Below are positions 1 through 8,607 of a DNA stretch of 50,067 nucleotides, piece after piece; positions within the stretch are counted from its first letter, which is position 1; each line of letters starts with the position of its first letter. The position numbers and the translations under genes are program-made. The stretch spans positions 1-50,067 of the forward strand of contig JALGXV010000003.1 of the NCBI GenBank assembly GCA_029821885.1, in the 5' to 3' direction. The stretch comes from Candidatus Hebobacteria bacterium. GTDB taxonomy: Bacteria > Armatimonadota > Hebobacteria > Hebobacterales > Hebobacteraceae. Below the pieces are notes generated by a model that saw nothing but the letters and a program-made list of their open reading frames with translations, ran no database searches and was not told the origin of the DNA.

Positions 1-1
1 C

Positions 2-202
2 ATGGCCGCCACCTGCTGGGGGATGTACTGGTACTGGTCGGCCTTCCTCATCGGCTGGGCGGCGAAGACGGTCGTGCTCCGCTACGGCGGCCTGCGCCTC
101 TACCGGGCCACCGTCCCCCTCGCCATCGGCTTCATCGTGGGCGAGCTGCTCAACCGCGCGCTCTGGGCCGTCGTCGCGCTCGTGACCCGAGGGCAGCTCT
201 AA
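2..202 (+). CDS. C-terminal end of a hydrophobic membrane protein (5' end lies outside the window)
   Basis: ORF is open to the window edge. Sequence is W/Y/L/I/A-rich and transmembrane-like, with G/C-rich third positions. No family recognised. Confidence 0.4.
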   Translation: MAATCWGMYWYWSAFLIGWAAKTVVLRYGGLRLYRATVPLAIGFIVGELLNRALWAVVALVTRGQL

Positions 203-447
203 TGCAGGGACAGGGCCATGGTGGGTCACAACAGCTCAGAGCGATCGCTGCTCGACGGGCGCGCTGTCGCGCAAGCGCGCAGAAGACCTGCAGCCGGTGC
301 AAGCACGGCCCAGCCATGGCCGAGCTTCGCGCGCGTCTTCCCTCGTGAAGGCCGGCTGTTCACAGGACTTAGCCGCAGATCCGGGAGAAGGGAGAGATCG
401 CTCGCGTTCGCCTCGGCGAGCGGGATGACAGGAAAGGATAGCGAGCC

Positions 448-1206
448 ATGACACATCGGGACCGTCTTCTCAAAGAAGGTCAGGTCTTCTTCGGACCGTT
501 CGCGAAGCTGGCCGACCCGGCCGTGGTCGAGATCCTGGCCCATGCTGGCTTCGATCACGTGGTAATCGATCGCGAGCACGGCCCGTTGTCAGTTGAATCG
601 GTCCAGAACCTGGTCCGTGCGGCCGAGCTCCAAGGAATCGCCCCCTTCGTGCGGGTGCCCCGGAATGAGCCGGCGGAGATTCTGCGCGTGCTCGACGTCG
701 GAGCCGCGGGGGTGCACGTTCCTCACGTAAGTACGCCCGACGACGCGCGACGCGCGGTGCAGGCGTGCCGCTTTCATCCGCGTGGCAACCGCGGCGTCTG
801 CCGGTTCGTGCGAGCAGCCGGCTACAGCAGCATCCCGGCCGGGGATCATTTCGCCGCGGCCAATGAGAGGACCATTGTTGTACTCCAGGTGGAAGGAACC
901 ACAGGACTGGCAAACCTCGCCGAGATAGTGACGGTTCCCGGCATCGACGTTGTGTTCCTAGGGCCCTACGACCTCTCACAGGCCTGTGGTGTGCCAGGCG
1001 AGATCCACCATCCCGAGGTGACGGAGAGAATGCGTCGCGCAGTCGAACAGGCGAGAGAAGCAGACGTGGTCGTCGGAACCTTCGTCGAATCGCCAGATGA
1101 CGCCGGCGCGTGGCTCGCGGTTGGTGTGCGGTACATCTGCTACTCGGTTGATGTGGGGATTCTGTTTGCGGCCTGCGAGCAGATCGTCCGGCAGCTTCGG
1201 GAGTGA
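448..1206 (+). CDS. HpcH/HpaI family aldolase (2-keto-3-deoxy-acid aldolase-like TIM barrel)
   Basis: 252 aa. Family-typical stretches are DPAVVEILAHAGFDHVVIDREHGP, VRVP...ILRVLDVGAAGVHVPHV and FLGPYDLS. A purine-rich RBS (AGGAAAGGA) precedes the ATG. Confidence 0.85.
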   Translation: MTHRDRLLKEGQVFFGPFAKLADPAVVEILAHAGFDHVVIDREHGPLSVESVQNLVRAAELQGIAPFVRVPRNEPAEILRVLDVGAAGVHVPHVSTPDDARRAVQACRFHPRGNRGVCRFVRAAGYSSIPAGDHFAAANERTIVVLQVEGTTGLANLAEIVTVPGIDVVFLGPYDLSQACGVPGEIHHPEVTERMRRAVEQAREADVVVGTFVESPDDAGAWLAVGVRYICYSVDVGILFAACEQIVRQLRE

Positions 1207-1348
1207 CGACCGCACAGCGCTCTCACAAGAGCGCGAGGTCCGCCAACCGGTTACAGATGTCAATCAGCACGGCCGCATCTCACCGGGCAGTTCGCCTCAG
1301 CCGCTGGGCAGGACCGTGCCGGCATTCCGGCAAAAGATACGTCTTGCG

Positions 1349-2626
1349 ATGATCGAACGCCCGCTAGTCCTGATGGTGCTCGCGAGCAGCCTGACGGGGC
1401 TGTCCGGCGCGGCTGGGCCGGCCTCCGGCACGTCGTCGGGCGGGGGCAGTTCCTTCCGGCCCGTTCCCCTCCGGAGCCACATCAGCTGTGTCCAACCCAT
1501 GACCGGGATCGTGATGTGGGAGGATTCAGAGAACAGCCATACGGACGCCATCTCACTCGAATACTCCTATCTGCGCTACGACGAGGTCGTGAAAGCACGA
1601 GGTCGATACGACTGGTCGGCCGTCGAGCGCAAGCTCAACTCAGTCGCCTCCCGCAAGCACCAGGCCGTGTTGCGCTTCTACGAGACCTGGCCCGGGCACC
1701 AGACCACAGTGCCGGAGTACATCAAGGCGCTGCCCGACTACGAGGAGACGCGGGCGAAGAGCCAGGATCGCGACACCAGTTTCCCGGATTGGTCGCATCC
1801 CGAATACCAGCGCTTCTTCCTCGAGTTCTACGAGCGGTTCGCCGCGAAGTATGACCGCGACCCGCGGCTCGCCTTCCTGGAGGTCGGCTTCGGCCTGTGG
1901 GCAGAGTATCACATCTACTCCGGGCCCGAAGTGCTGGGCAAGACGTTCCCGAGCAAGGAGTTCCAGGCTCAGTTCTTTCGGCGACTGGCGGAGGTCTTCG
2001 AGCACACACCGTGGCTGATTTCGCAGGACGCGCACGAGGCCCACCGCGCACCCTTCGCGGACGAGCGCGAGCTGCTCGGCCTCGACTTCGGCATCTTCGA
2101 CGACACCTTCCACCAGGCATGGGAACCGGGCTATAACCTAGAAGGTTGGGAGTTCTTCGGGCGCGATCGCTGGCAGCGCTCGCCCTGCGGCGGCGAGATC
2201 GTCATCAGGAACCGGGAGCGGTCGGAGCAGGTGGCCGAGGCTTGGGCGAGAGAAGCCGCCAACTTCCACATCACCTTCATGATCTGCGAGGGGTGGCCCC
2301 GCCGAACTACCATGGACCGCATCCGCGAGCACAGCCTGGCCTGCGGCTACCGGTTCGCGATCACCGCCTTCGAGGTCAGCCCGAGGGCCGCGCGTGTCAC
2401 CGTGGCGAACAGCGGCGTGGCGCCGATCTACTACCACGCTTTCGTTGCCGTCAACGGCGTGCGCGCAGAGGACTCGCTGAAGGGACTGCTCCCGGGCCAA
2501 GAGCGCCAATTCACCATCGCGTCTGGCGGCACGGGCCCGAGGCTCACCATCGAGTGCGACCGCCTCGTGCCGGGCCAGCGGATCGAGTTCGAGGCCAACT
2601 TGGGCGCGCAGAGGAGCGCTCGATGA
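1349..2626 (+). CDS. Secreted hypothetical protein, glycoside-hydrolase-like TIM barrel (DUF4874/DUF4832-like)
   Basis: I trimmed listed ORF 1097..2626 to the ATG at 1349, which opens a signal-peptide-like MIERPLVLMVLASSLTGLSGAAG. The aromatic/acidic-rich body (WEDSENSH..., LEVGFGLWAEYH) resembles polysaccharide-hydrolase-like DUFs. Its stop overlaps the next start (ATGA). Confidence 0.6.
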   Translation: MIERPLVLMVLASSLTGLSGAAGPASGTSSGGGSSFRPVPLRSHISCVQPMTGIVMWEDSENSHTDAISLEYSYLRYDEVVKARGRYDWSAVERKLNSVASRKHQAVLRFYETWPGHQTTVPEYIKALPDYEETRAKSQDRDTSFPDWSHPEYQRFFLEFYERFAAKYDRDPRLAFLEVGFGLWAEYHIYSGPEVLGKTFPSKEFQAQFFRRLAEVFEHTPWLISQDAHEAHRAPFADERELLGLDFGIFDDTFHQAWEPGYNLEGWEFFGRDRWQRSPCGGEIVIRNRERSEQVAEAWAREAANFHITFMICEGWPRRTTMDRIREHSLACGYRFAITAFEVSPRAARVTVANSGVAPIYYHAFVAVNGVRAEDSLKGLLPGQERQFTIASGGTGPRLTIECDRLVPGQRIEFEANLGAQRSAR

Positions 2627-3669
2627 GGAATCAGTTGGCTTTCATCGCGCTGGGACTCGCGATCGGTCTGTCACAGCTTGCACCCGGCGCTCTCGCCAAC
2701 GATGATCTCGCCGGAGCGAGTATGGGAGCAATCGACATGGACACAGGCAAAGAGGATGCGGTGAAGCTCCAGCCCCTGCCCAAGGGAATCTCCACGTGGG
2801 TTTACCGCTTCAGTGACGGTGTATCGAGGCAGGTGCACGCGTTCAACTCGCGGGCCCTGCCACACCTCCGGTTCAAGTACTTATTCGCCTACGCCGGCTG
2901 GGTCGGTTTCTCCGAGGATCAGGGAGAGGCCGATGTGGCCTACAGCAGTGAAGCCGTCAGCGCCTACGCTCGAACGCTGCCGCCCGGCACGTTGATCATG
3001 CCTATAGTGGACGGCAGAGCCGACAAAGGGGAGTTCAGCGGCTGGACCGATGAGCAGTACCGGGAGGCCGCGCGCAAGGTGGCCAAGCATATCATCGACG
3101 ACCCCCATGCGGCCGGGGTACAGATCGACATAGAGCCGTTTAGGCCCGACCACCTGCCCTTCTACCGACATCTGACGGAGATACTCAACGCCGAGGGCAA
3201 GTACTGCACCATGTTCGTGGGCCCCAAACGACACGACCTCCTGACCAGGATCTTCGAGTCCTGCGATGTCGTGGTCATGTCCGGCTATGACCTCAACGGT
3301 GAAGGCATGGACCTCGACGGCTACCGGGCCTCGATGAAGGGGTCAGTCGCCAGGTTCCAGCAAGTGGCCGAAGAGACGGGGGGACAGTATATGATCGGGA
3401 TACCGGCCGCGGCCTCCTGGGGTGAGTTCGAGTACATCGCGGGCGGGGACAGCCAGAGGACCGAGACGGGCGTCAAGCAGGAGCAGTACGTGCAGGCCGC
3501 TCTCGACGCCGTCAAGCCTTACCACGAGCATCCGCAGTATATCGGCCTTTCCCTGTGGCATATGTCCGACCCGGAGAAGGACTTCGAGGAGCCCGAAAAG
3601 GCCACCCGGCGCACCAAGTTCCCCAACATCATCCGGGAGAGCGTCTGGAAGATGCTGGAGAGCTACTAG
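2623..3669 (+). CDS. Secreted hypothetical protein, GH18-like TIM-barrel candidate
   Basis: I trimmed ORF 2146..3669 to the ATG at 2623, which opens the signal peptide MRNQLAFIALGLAIGLSQLAPGALA. The motif AAGVQIDIEPF resembles the GH18 DxDxE strand. An ATGA overlap links it to the upstream gene. Confidence 0.6.
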   Translation: MRNQLAFIALGLAIGLSQLAPGALANDDLAGASMGAIDMDTGKEDAVKLQPLPKGISTWVYRFSDGVSRQVHAFNSRALPHLRFKYLFAYAGWVGFSEDQGEADVAYSSEAVSAYARTLPPGTLIMPIVDGRADKGEFSGWTDEQYREAARKVAKHIIDDPHAAGVQIDIEPFRPDHLPFYRHLTEILNAEGKYCTMFVGPKRHDLLTRIFESCDVVVMSGYDLNGEGMDLDGYRASMKGSVARFQQVAEETGGQYMIGIPAAASWGEFEYIAGGDSQRTETGVKQEQYVQAALDAVKPYHEHPQYIGLSLWHMSDPEKDFEEPEKATRRTKFPNIIRESVWKMLESY

Positions 3670-3778
3670 ACCGGTGCCCGCGCGCGGCGACTGAGAGCCT
3701 GCCTCCGCACGAGCTGGCGATGGCGGCAATGCGTGGGTGCCATCACCGTCGCCTAGGGCAGCCGCTGCCAGCTCGCGC

Positions 3779-4042
3779 TCACCACTCCTTGTGCTGCGCC
3801 AGGGCCGGCGCGCGCCAGGAGTGGCCGCACTCCCGGCAGGTTATCCGCAGGTACTCCTTAGGCTCTCCCGTCTCTGCGCTTCGCTCTGTGTACCGCTCTA
3901 CGTCGAGTGCTGTGCAGCCGCAGTTGGGGCACATCCCGGCCGTGGCTCCCCGGCCAGAGGATGCTCCGCCGTCAGGAGACGGACCGCAGGACAGGACGCC
4001 AAGCAGCAGCAGCCACAGCGAGACTGCTAGCAAGGCTCTCAC
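3779..4042 (-). CDS. Small lipoprotein with a zinc-ribbon-like CxxC...CxxC motif
   Basis: 87 aa. Has a lipobox-like signal (LLLLGVLSC) followed by CPNCGC...x...CRECGH. The GTG start overlaps the stop of the upstream gene (GTGA). Confidence 0.55.
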   Translation of the reverse strand: MRALLAVSLWLLLLGVLSCGPSPDGGASSGRGATAGMCPNCGCTALDVERYTERSAETGEPKEYLRITCRECGHSWRAPALAQHKEW

Positions 4043-4398
4043 GGCTCGTCTCCTGACTCCTGCGCGCTCACCTTCTGCGCGAGCTTGCGAGCGGCGTCCT
4101 CCACCAGAACTCGGAGGAACCCAATCCCGCGGCTGTCCCAGTCCTCCAGCGCGTCAGAGAGTGCCTGCCCGCCGATGAGTTCGCTCTCATCCCCCAGGTG
4201 GAGTCGGACGTAGTAGCCTCCCTCAACGGGCGGCGCCCACTCCACGCTCACCGTCATGCCGAGGCCCAGGTCCTCCTTGGGAAGCAGTGCCCGCACCTCG
4301 GCCTCGACCTCCCTGGGGGTCGGCAGTCTGCCGCTACCGGTAATGTCTCCTCCCACCGGTTGTGTCTCCGATCTCAGCAGCACTCCCCCCGAGAACAC
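4039..4398 (-). CDS. Hypothetical acidic protein
   Basis: 119 aa from GTG 4398. An alternative ATG at 4257 lies downstream of an AAGGAGGA. Third positions are G/C-rich along the whole ORF. Translationally coupled to the downstream lipoprotein gene. Confidence 0.5.
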   Translation of the reverse strand: MFSGGVLLRSETQPVGGDITGSGRLPTPREVEAEVRALLPKEDLGLGMTVSVEWAPPVEGGYYVRLHLGDESELIGGQALSDALEDWDSRGIGFLRVLVEDAARKLAQKVSAQESGDEP

Positions 4399-4590
4399 GG
4401 GCGCGGTAAAGCCGCGGTTCGGGTCCGTGCTCCCCTAAAATCGATATGCCATAGGGGAGCGGACCTGCGCGACTCCCATCGGGGCAATCCGTGCCATGTC
4501 GCGCACATTGGGGCCGCCGGCGGAATGGGGAAGGAGGAAGGCAGCTCCCGTGAGAAGCACATCTGCAGGCAAGGGAGGCCGCTCGCGGGC

Positions 4591-5664
4591 ATGGATGCCG
4601 GAATACTGAGAGTTGCGGCCGGAGTTGTGTGGCTGTTGCTGGGTGCGATGGTAGTGCCGACACTGGGCGCAGAAGGTGAGGACGGAGCCGAGGACCTCGT
4701 GGCCGACCGGGTGGCCACGGTGAATGGCGAGCCGATCTCGGCACGGCTGTTCCAGCGCCGGCTGGTTCGGGGCAGGTCTCTGGCCTATCGCCATTTCCGG
4801 GAGCGGTACGGAGCCGAAGAGAGCGCTGACTTCTGGACCACCTCGCATGAGGGCGTGACACCTTTGGGCTGGCTGAAGCAGGTCACGCTCGGGGAATGCG
4901 TCCGGATCAAGATCGAGCAGATTGCAGCTCGGGAGCAGGGCGTTGTTACTGACATCAGCTATCCGGCCTTCCTCAGCACGCTCGAACGCGAGAACGAGAG
5001 GCGGCGGCGGGCGCTGGAAGCCGGTGAGCCCATCTATGGCCCGAAACAGTACCGGGAAGACGAGTACTTCACATATGTCTTCACCAACATGGTCATCCAC
5101 TCGAAGCGACGGCTGCGGGACACGAAGCTGCATGCGTCGGAGGAAACGCTGAGGAGCTACTACGAGAGTGTGAAGGAACGGCTCTATCAGCGCGGCGACC
5201 GCGTCAGGATCCAGGCCATCACGATCCCGTTCGGCGGAGACGATTCGGACACCCCGAGCCGGGCGGAGGCCGAGGAGAAGATACACGAGGCACTCAGGAA
5301 GCTGGAGGAGGGGGGACGGTTCGAGGATCTCGCGCGCGAGTACGGCCCAGACGGAGATCTCTACGAGAGAGTGCTCGATGACGAGAGCGCCCGCTTCGAT
5401 GAGAGGATACGGCCGGCCCTCCGCGGCGAGGCGATGAAGCTGGCCGTGGGGGAGACGAGTCCGGTGTTCCAGGAGCATCGCGCCTTCTACATCATCAAGT
5501 GCGTCGAGCGGGAATCACTGGGCTATATGCCGTTCGAAGATATCGAGCACAACGTCAGGAACCGCTACGTGGACGAGAGGTACGACGGATTGGTGGATGA
5601 CCTGGTCAGCGAAGCAGAGGTCGAAGTCAATGAGCCGGTTCTCGAAGCGCTTCGGGTGCGGTGA
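4591..5664 (+). CDS. SurA/PrsA-like peptidyl-prolyl isomerase (parvulin-type chaperone)
   Basis: I trimmed ORF 4198..5664 to ATG 4591 (GGGAGG 12 nt upstream). An N-terminal TM/signal is followed by VATVNGEPISARLFQRRL, which is SurA-N-like. The C-terminal part is parvulin-like (GETSPVFQEHRAFYIIKCVE). Confidence 0.7.
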   Translation: MDAGILRVAAGVVWLLLGAMVVPTLGAEGEDGAEDLVADRVATVNGEPISARLFQRRLVRGRSLAYRHFRERYGAEESADFWTTSHEGVTPLGWLKQVTLGECVRIKIEQIAAREQGVVTDISYPAFLSTLERENERRRRALEAGEPIYGPKQYREDEYFTYVFTNMVIHSKRRLRDTKLHASEETLRSYYESVKERLYQRGDRVRIQAITIPFGGDDSDTPSRAEAEEKIHEALRKLEEGGRFEDLAREYGPDGDLYERVLDDESARFDERIRPALRGEAMKLAVGETSPVFQEHRAFYIIKCVERESLGYMPFEDIEHNVRNRYVDERYDGLVDDLVSEAEVEVNEPVLEALRVR

Positions 5665-5681
5665 GATGCGCCGGCCTCTGG

Positions 5682-6113
5682 TCAGGCTCTTCTCCAGAGA
5701 AGCATCGAGCCCAGCAGCAGCGCGATGTCCCGGAGGAAGAGGCCCCAGCTTGCCTCGGTTCCGCTCATCCCGCTGACATCGAAGCAGCCGCACTCTATCT
5801 TAAGCCCTCGTATCTCGGCCTGCGCTATGGCTATCATGAACGCCACCGTCATGGCTGTCGCCATCAGCCCCGCCGCCCGCCGCCAGACGCCGATGATGAG
5901 AGCCGCGCCGACAGTCAGCTCGGCCCAGGGCATGATGAGAGCGAAGGCGTTGATGAACACCAGCGCCAGCATGTCGTAGTCGTGAACGACATCAGCAAAG
6001 CGGTCTGCCTGGGTGATCTTGTCCCAGCTCGCGTAGACGAAGATGCCGCCAACGACGAGGCCCGTCACCCGGAGGAAGATCCGATGCGTTACGACTCGCC
6101 AGATCACTCCCAT
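5682..6113 (-). CDS. MauE/DoxX family membrane protein
   Basis: I trimmed to ATG 6113. The product is four-TM-like with an internal CGCF motif (IECGCFDV) typical of MauE/DoxX. The start lies 1 nt after the rhodanese stop. Confidence 0.7.
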   Translation of the reverse strand: MGVIWRVVTHRIFLRVTGLVVGGIFVYASWDKITQADRFADVVHDYDMLALVFINAFALIMPWAELTVGAALIIGVWRRAAGLMATAMTVAFMIAIAQAEIRGLKIECGCFDVSGMSGTEASWGLFLRDIALLLGSMLLWRRA

Positions 6114-6114
6114 G

Positions 6115-6741
6115 TCAGTCCTCGCCCTCTTCGCCGCCCGGGTGTCCATCGGGATGCTGCACGGTGGGGCCGCCATGCTCCGTCCAGGTGGCCCAGCCAT
6201 AGTCGAGCACGATGACGTTGTCGTATCCCTGCCTCAGAAGCTCCTTGCCCTGGCGGGTGCTCAGGCCGCAGTGCGCGCCGTAGCAGTAGAGCACGAGTAG
6301 TCGGTTCTTTGGGAGCTCTGACTCGATGTCGGGCCAGATCTCGACCCACTTGCGCATGGGCGCGTTGACGGCACCGCCTATGTGGTCGCGCTCGTAGTCC
6401 TCCTCGTCACGCGAGTCCACGAACAGCGCGTCGCCGGCCTCCTGCAGCACCAGCGCCTGGGCCGCGTCGATCTGGGGCAGGCGGGACTCGAAGGCCCGGG
6501 GTATCCCGACGCGGCCGCCGGGAGATGGCCCCCACGGAATGCCCATCGGATTCGCCGCATTGTAGACCGCAGCGCCCGCCAGCGCGACCAGAAGCAGACA
6601 GGCAGCGCGAAGAGTGTGGGGGACGCGCAGAGCGGCCCCCCTCAGCAGCCACTTCAAGCCTTGGCCAGTAGGGCAGCAGGAGCAGGTCTGTGAGCTCGTT
6701 TGCTTATCCTGCAGCGATCCGGACAATTCGGCCCGCCTCAT
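6115..6741 (-). CDS. Rhodanese-domain sulfurtransferase with N-terminal membrane anchor
   Basis: Rhodanese-typical stretches are FVDSRDEEDYERDHIGGAVNAP and LVLYCYGAHCGLS (active-site Cys loop). The start is uncertain; an in-frame TTG before LKWLLRGAAL is an alternative. Confidence 0.75.
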   Translation of the reverse strand: MRRAELSGSLQDKQTSSQTCSCCPTGQGLKWLLRGAALRVPHTLRAACLLLVALAGAAVYNAANPMGIPWGPSPGGRVGIPRAFESRLPQIDAAQALVLQEAGDALFVDSRDEEDYERDHIGGAVNAPMRKWVEIWPDIESELPKNRLLVLYCYGAHCGLSTRQGKELLRQGYDNVIVLDYGWATWTEHGGPTVQHPDGHPGGEEGED

Positions 6742-6877
6742 CCGCTCCCGCGGCGACTCACCTGAGTCGCCTCACGCCGCGCTCTGTGCGCCCGTCCCCG
6801 CCTACAGGCGGCGGAGACATGTTGCCTTGGTGGGAACAACAAACAGCTTCTCTCCAGCGACCGCGCGCCCTGCATGC

Positions 6878-8497
6878 CTATCGCTCCAGCGACACCAGAG
6901 CCGAGATGACGTCTCCACGAGCCCCTCGCAGGTACCTGACGTCCCGCGAGTAGCTCGTGGCCGTCGGGACGAGCGCGGAGCACAGCTGGTCGGCCTTGCC
7001 CAGCAGGCGTCCGGCCTCCTTCGATCGTGCGTCCAGCAGCCGAAGGAGCTCGTAATCCTGAATACCCTCCCGCATCTGTTCCCAACGGATCGAGTCAATC
7101 GGCCCGTCGGCCCCGGGATAGACGATCCAACTGTCGCCGGGAGGGAGATCGTCTCGCACTCGGTCCTCATGGAACGGGTCTTCTGTCCAGTAGTTGAGTC
7201 CCCAGTGGAGGTAGCCGGTCAGTCGGTAGCGCCAGTTGATCCAATGGAGAAGGCGCGTCTTCGCCAGGCTGAAGTCGAGGAACCTGTTTGGGTAGAGGCC
7301 GGTTGGATACATGCAGGTGTAGTGCCACAGCTCTATGCCGGACTCATCGCGCATCTTCAGGTAGTGGTCCATGTGCTCGTCGAAGTGACTGAGCTGTGGC
7401 ACCCAGATGTCCAGGTGCCCGCGCGCATCCATCAAGCTCATCGCCTCCAGGAACCGCACTTCCGGAGCCCACTGGTGGACGAGTTCCGACTTCTTCTTGT
7501 AGTCGGCCTCCGTGTGCGGCGAGGGCTCATCCACGATGTGCATGACAAAGCGGTCGAGCCAGCCCCGCTCCCTCACATGGGCGAGCAGGTTCTTTACGAG
7601 TTCGCGGACGACCACCTCAGGATCCACCTCAACCAGAGACCCATCGCGACGGCGGACCGGGAACTTGCGCCACTCAAACCACGGCGTTTCCCACTTCCCC
7701 TCTCCCCGCCGCCCAAGGTGGCCGCCTTCGAGAAGCTTCGCGCATCCAGCCTCGTCGAAGATGCCGACCCACCTGTCGTAGCGTGTGAAGTCAAAGGCGA
7801 GGCCGCCGTCCGACCCCTGGAAGATCTGGATGAGGTCGTTCGGGCAGAGCACAACGTTCTGGCGGTGCGCGGCCATGTTGGCCGCAAAGTTCTCGACGAC
7901 CTGCCAGAAGCGATCTGCGTACAGCTCAGTGCCGTAGAACGTCGCGAAGTTCCCCAGGTTCATCCAATTGGTCACCCACAGGCTTCGTTCGGCCGGCAGG
8001 GCCACTGGATGGACCGTCAGGCGGAGGGGAACCTCTGCCTTCTCGCCGTCGGCACTCACCTCCACTGCGCCGTGCCAGCGACCTGGCGCGGCGTCTGGTG
8101 GCACCGAGATCGTGAGCCAAGCCGGCTGGGTCGAGTCGGCCTCGACGCTGACAGCTTCCTCGATGAGGAGTGGGTCTGGCACGAGACACGGGGCGGTGCA
8201 GATGAGTTCCTCGGCAGGCGTGTCAGGGGTGCTGCTCTTCACGGGGACATAGCCGACGAATCGGGACCTGACGTCGATGCCTGTCGCGCCCGTCTCCGCG
8301 TGGTTGAGGGAAGAAACCTGGACGCGCAGATCACGCACCGACTTGGCGGCGCGCACTGCCAGTTGTGCCGAAAGGACCTCTCCCCGGCAGGCGTCAGCCT
8401 CAACCACATCGGGCCCGGCACCGGGCTCGGCATTCTGCTGAATCTTCTCCAGCGAATCAACCGCCCAGATGACGAGTCCGTCCGTATTGGTGGCCAT
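6878..8497 (-). CDS. DUF4091 domain glycoside-hydrolase-like protein
   Basis: 539 aa. Family-like stretches are FWQVVENFAANMAAHRQNVVL, WHYTCMYPTGLYPNRFLD and LHWINWRYRLTGYLHWGLNYW. A GAGGAAGG RBS precedes the ATG. Confidence 0.8.
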   Translation of the reverse strand: MATNTDGLVIWAVDSLEKIQQNAEPGAGPDVVEADACRGEVLSAQLAVRAAKSVRDLRVQVSSLNHAETGATGIDVRSRFVGYVPVKSSTPDTPAEELICTAPCLVPDPLLIEEAVSVEADSTQPAWLTISVPPDAAPGRWHGAVEVSADGEKAEVPLRLTVHPVALPAERSLWVTNWMNLGNFATFYGTELYADRFWQVVENFAANMAAHRQNVVLCPNDLIQIFQGSDGGLAFDFTRYDRWVGIFDEAGCAKLLEGGHLGRRGEGKWETPWFEWRKFPVRRRDGSLVEVDPEVVVRELVKNLLAHVRERGWLDRFVMHIVDEPSPHTEADYKKKSELVHQWAPEVRFLEAMSLMDARGHLDIWVPQLSHFDEHMDHYLKMRDESGIELWHYTCMYPTGLYPNRFLDFSLAKTRLLHWINWRYRLTGYLHWGLNYWTEDPFHEDRVRDDLPPGDSWIVYPGADGPIDSIRWEQMREGIQDYELLRLLDARSKEAGRLLGKADQLCSALVPTATSYSRDVRYLRGARGDVISALVSLER

Positions 8498-8607
8498 GAT
8501 TCCTTCCTCTACACTCCGGGAAGAGCGCGCTGTACACCCTCCCGCGGCACCAGGTTCTCCTCGCGGGCGTGCGCCCGACGTGTCAGCGGAGGGTCTGCGC
8601 AGAGAGC

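Noticed and set aside
1097-1348. Long 5' extension of this listed ORF. Similar extensions occur at 2146-2622, 4198-4590, 18212-18661, 23285..24913 upstream of 24601, 30981..34481 upstream of 34352, 34225-34518, 39295-39573 and 41439-41531.
   Set aside because: The extensions overlap upstream genes or lack coding character. Internal starts with an RBS, a signal peptide or a canonical family N-terminus fit better.
4435-5478. 347-aa minus-strand ORF
   Set aside because: It is antisense to the SurA/PrsA-like PPIase gene and has no motifs.
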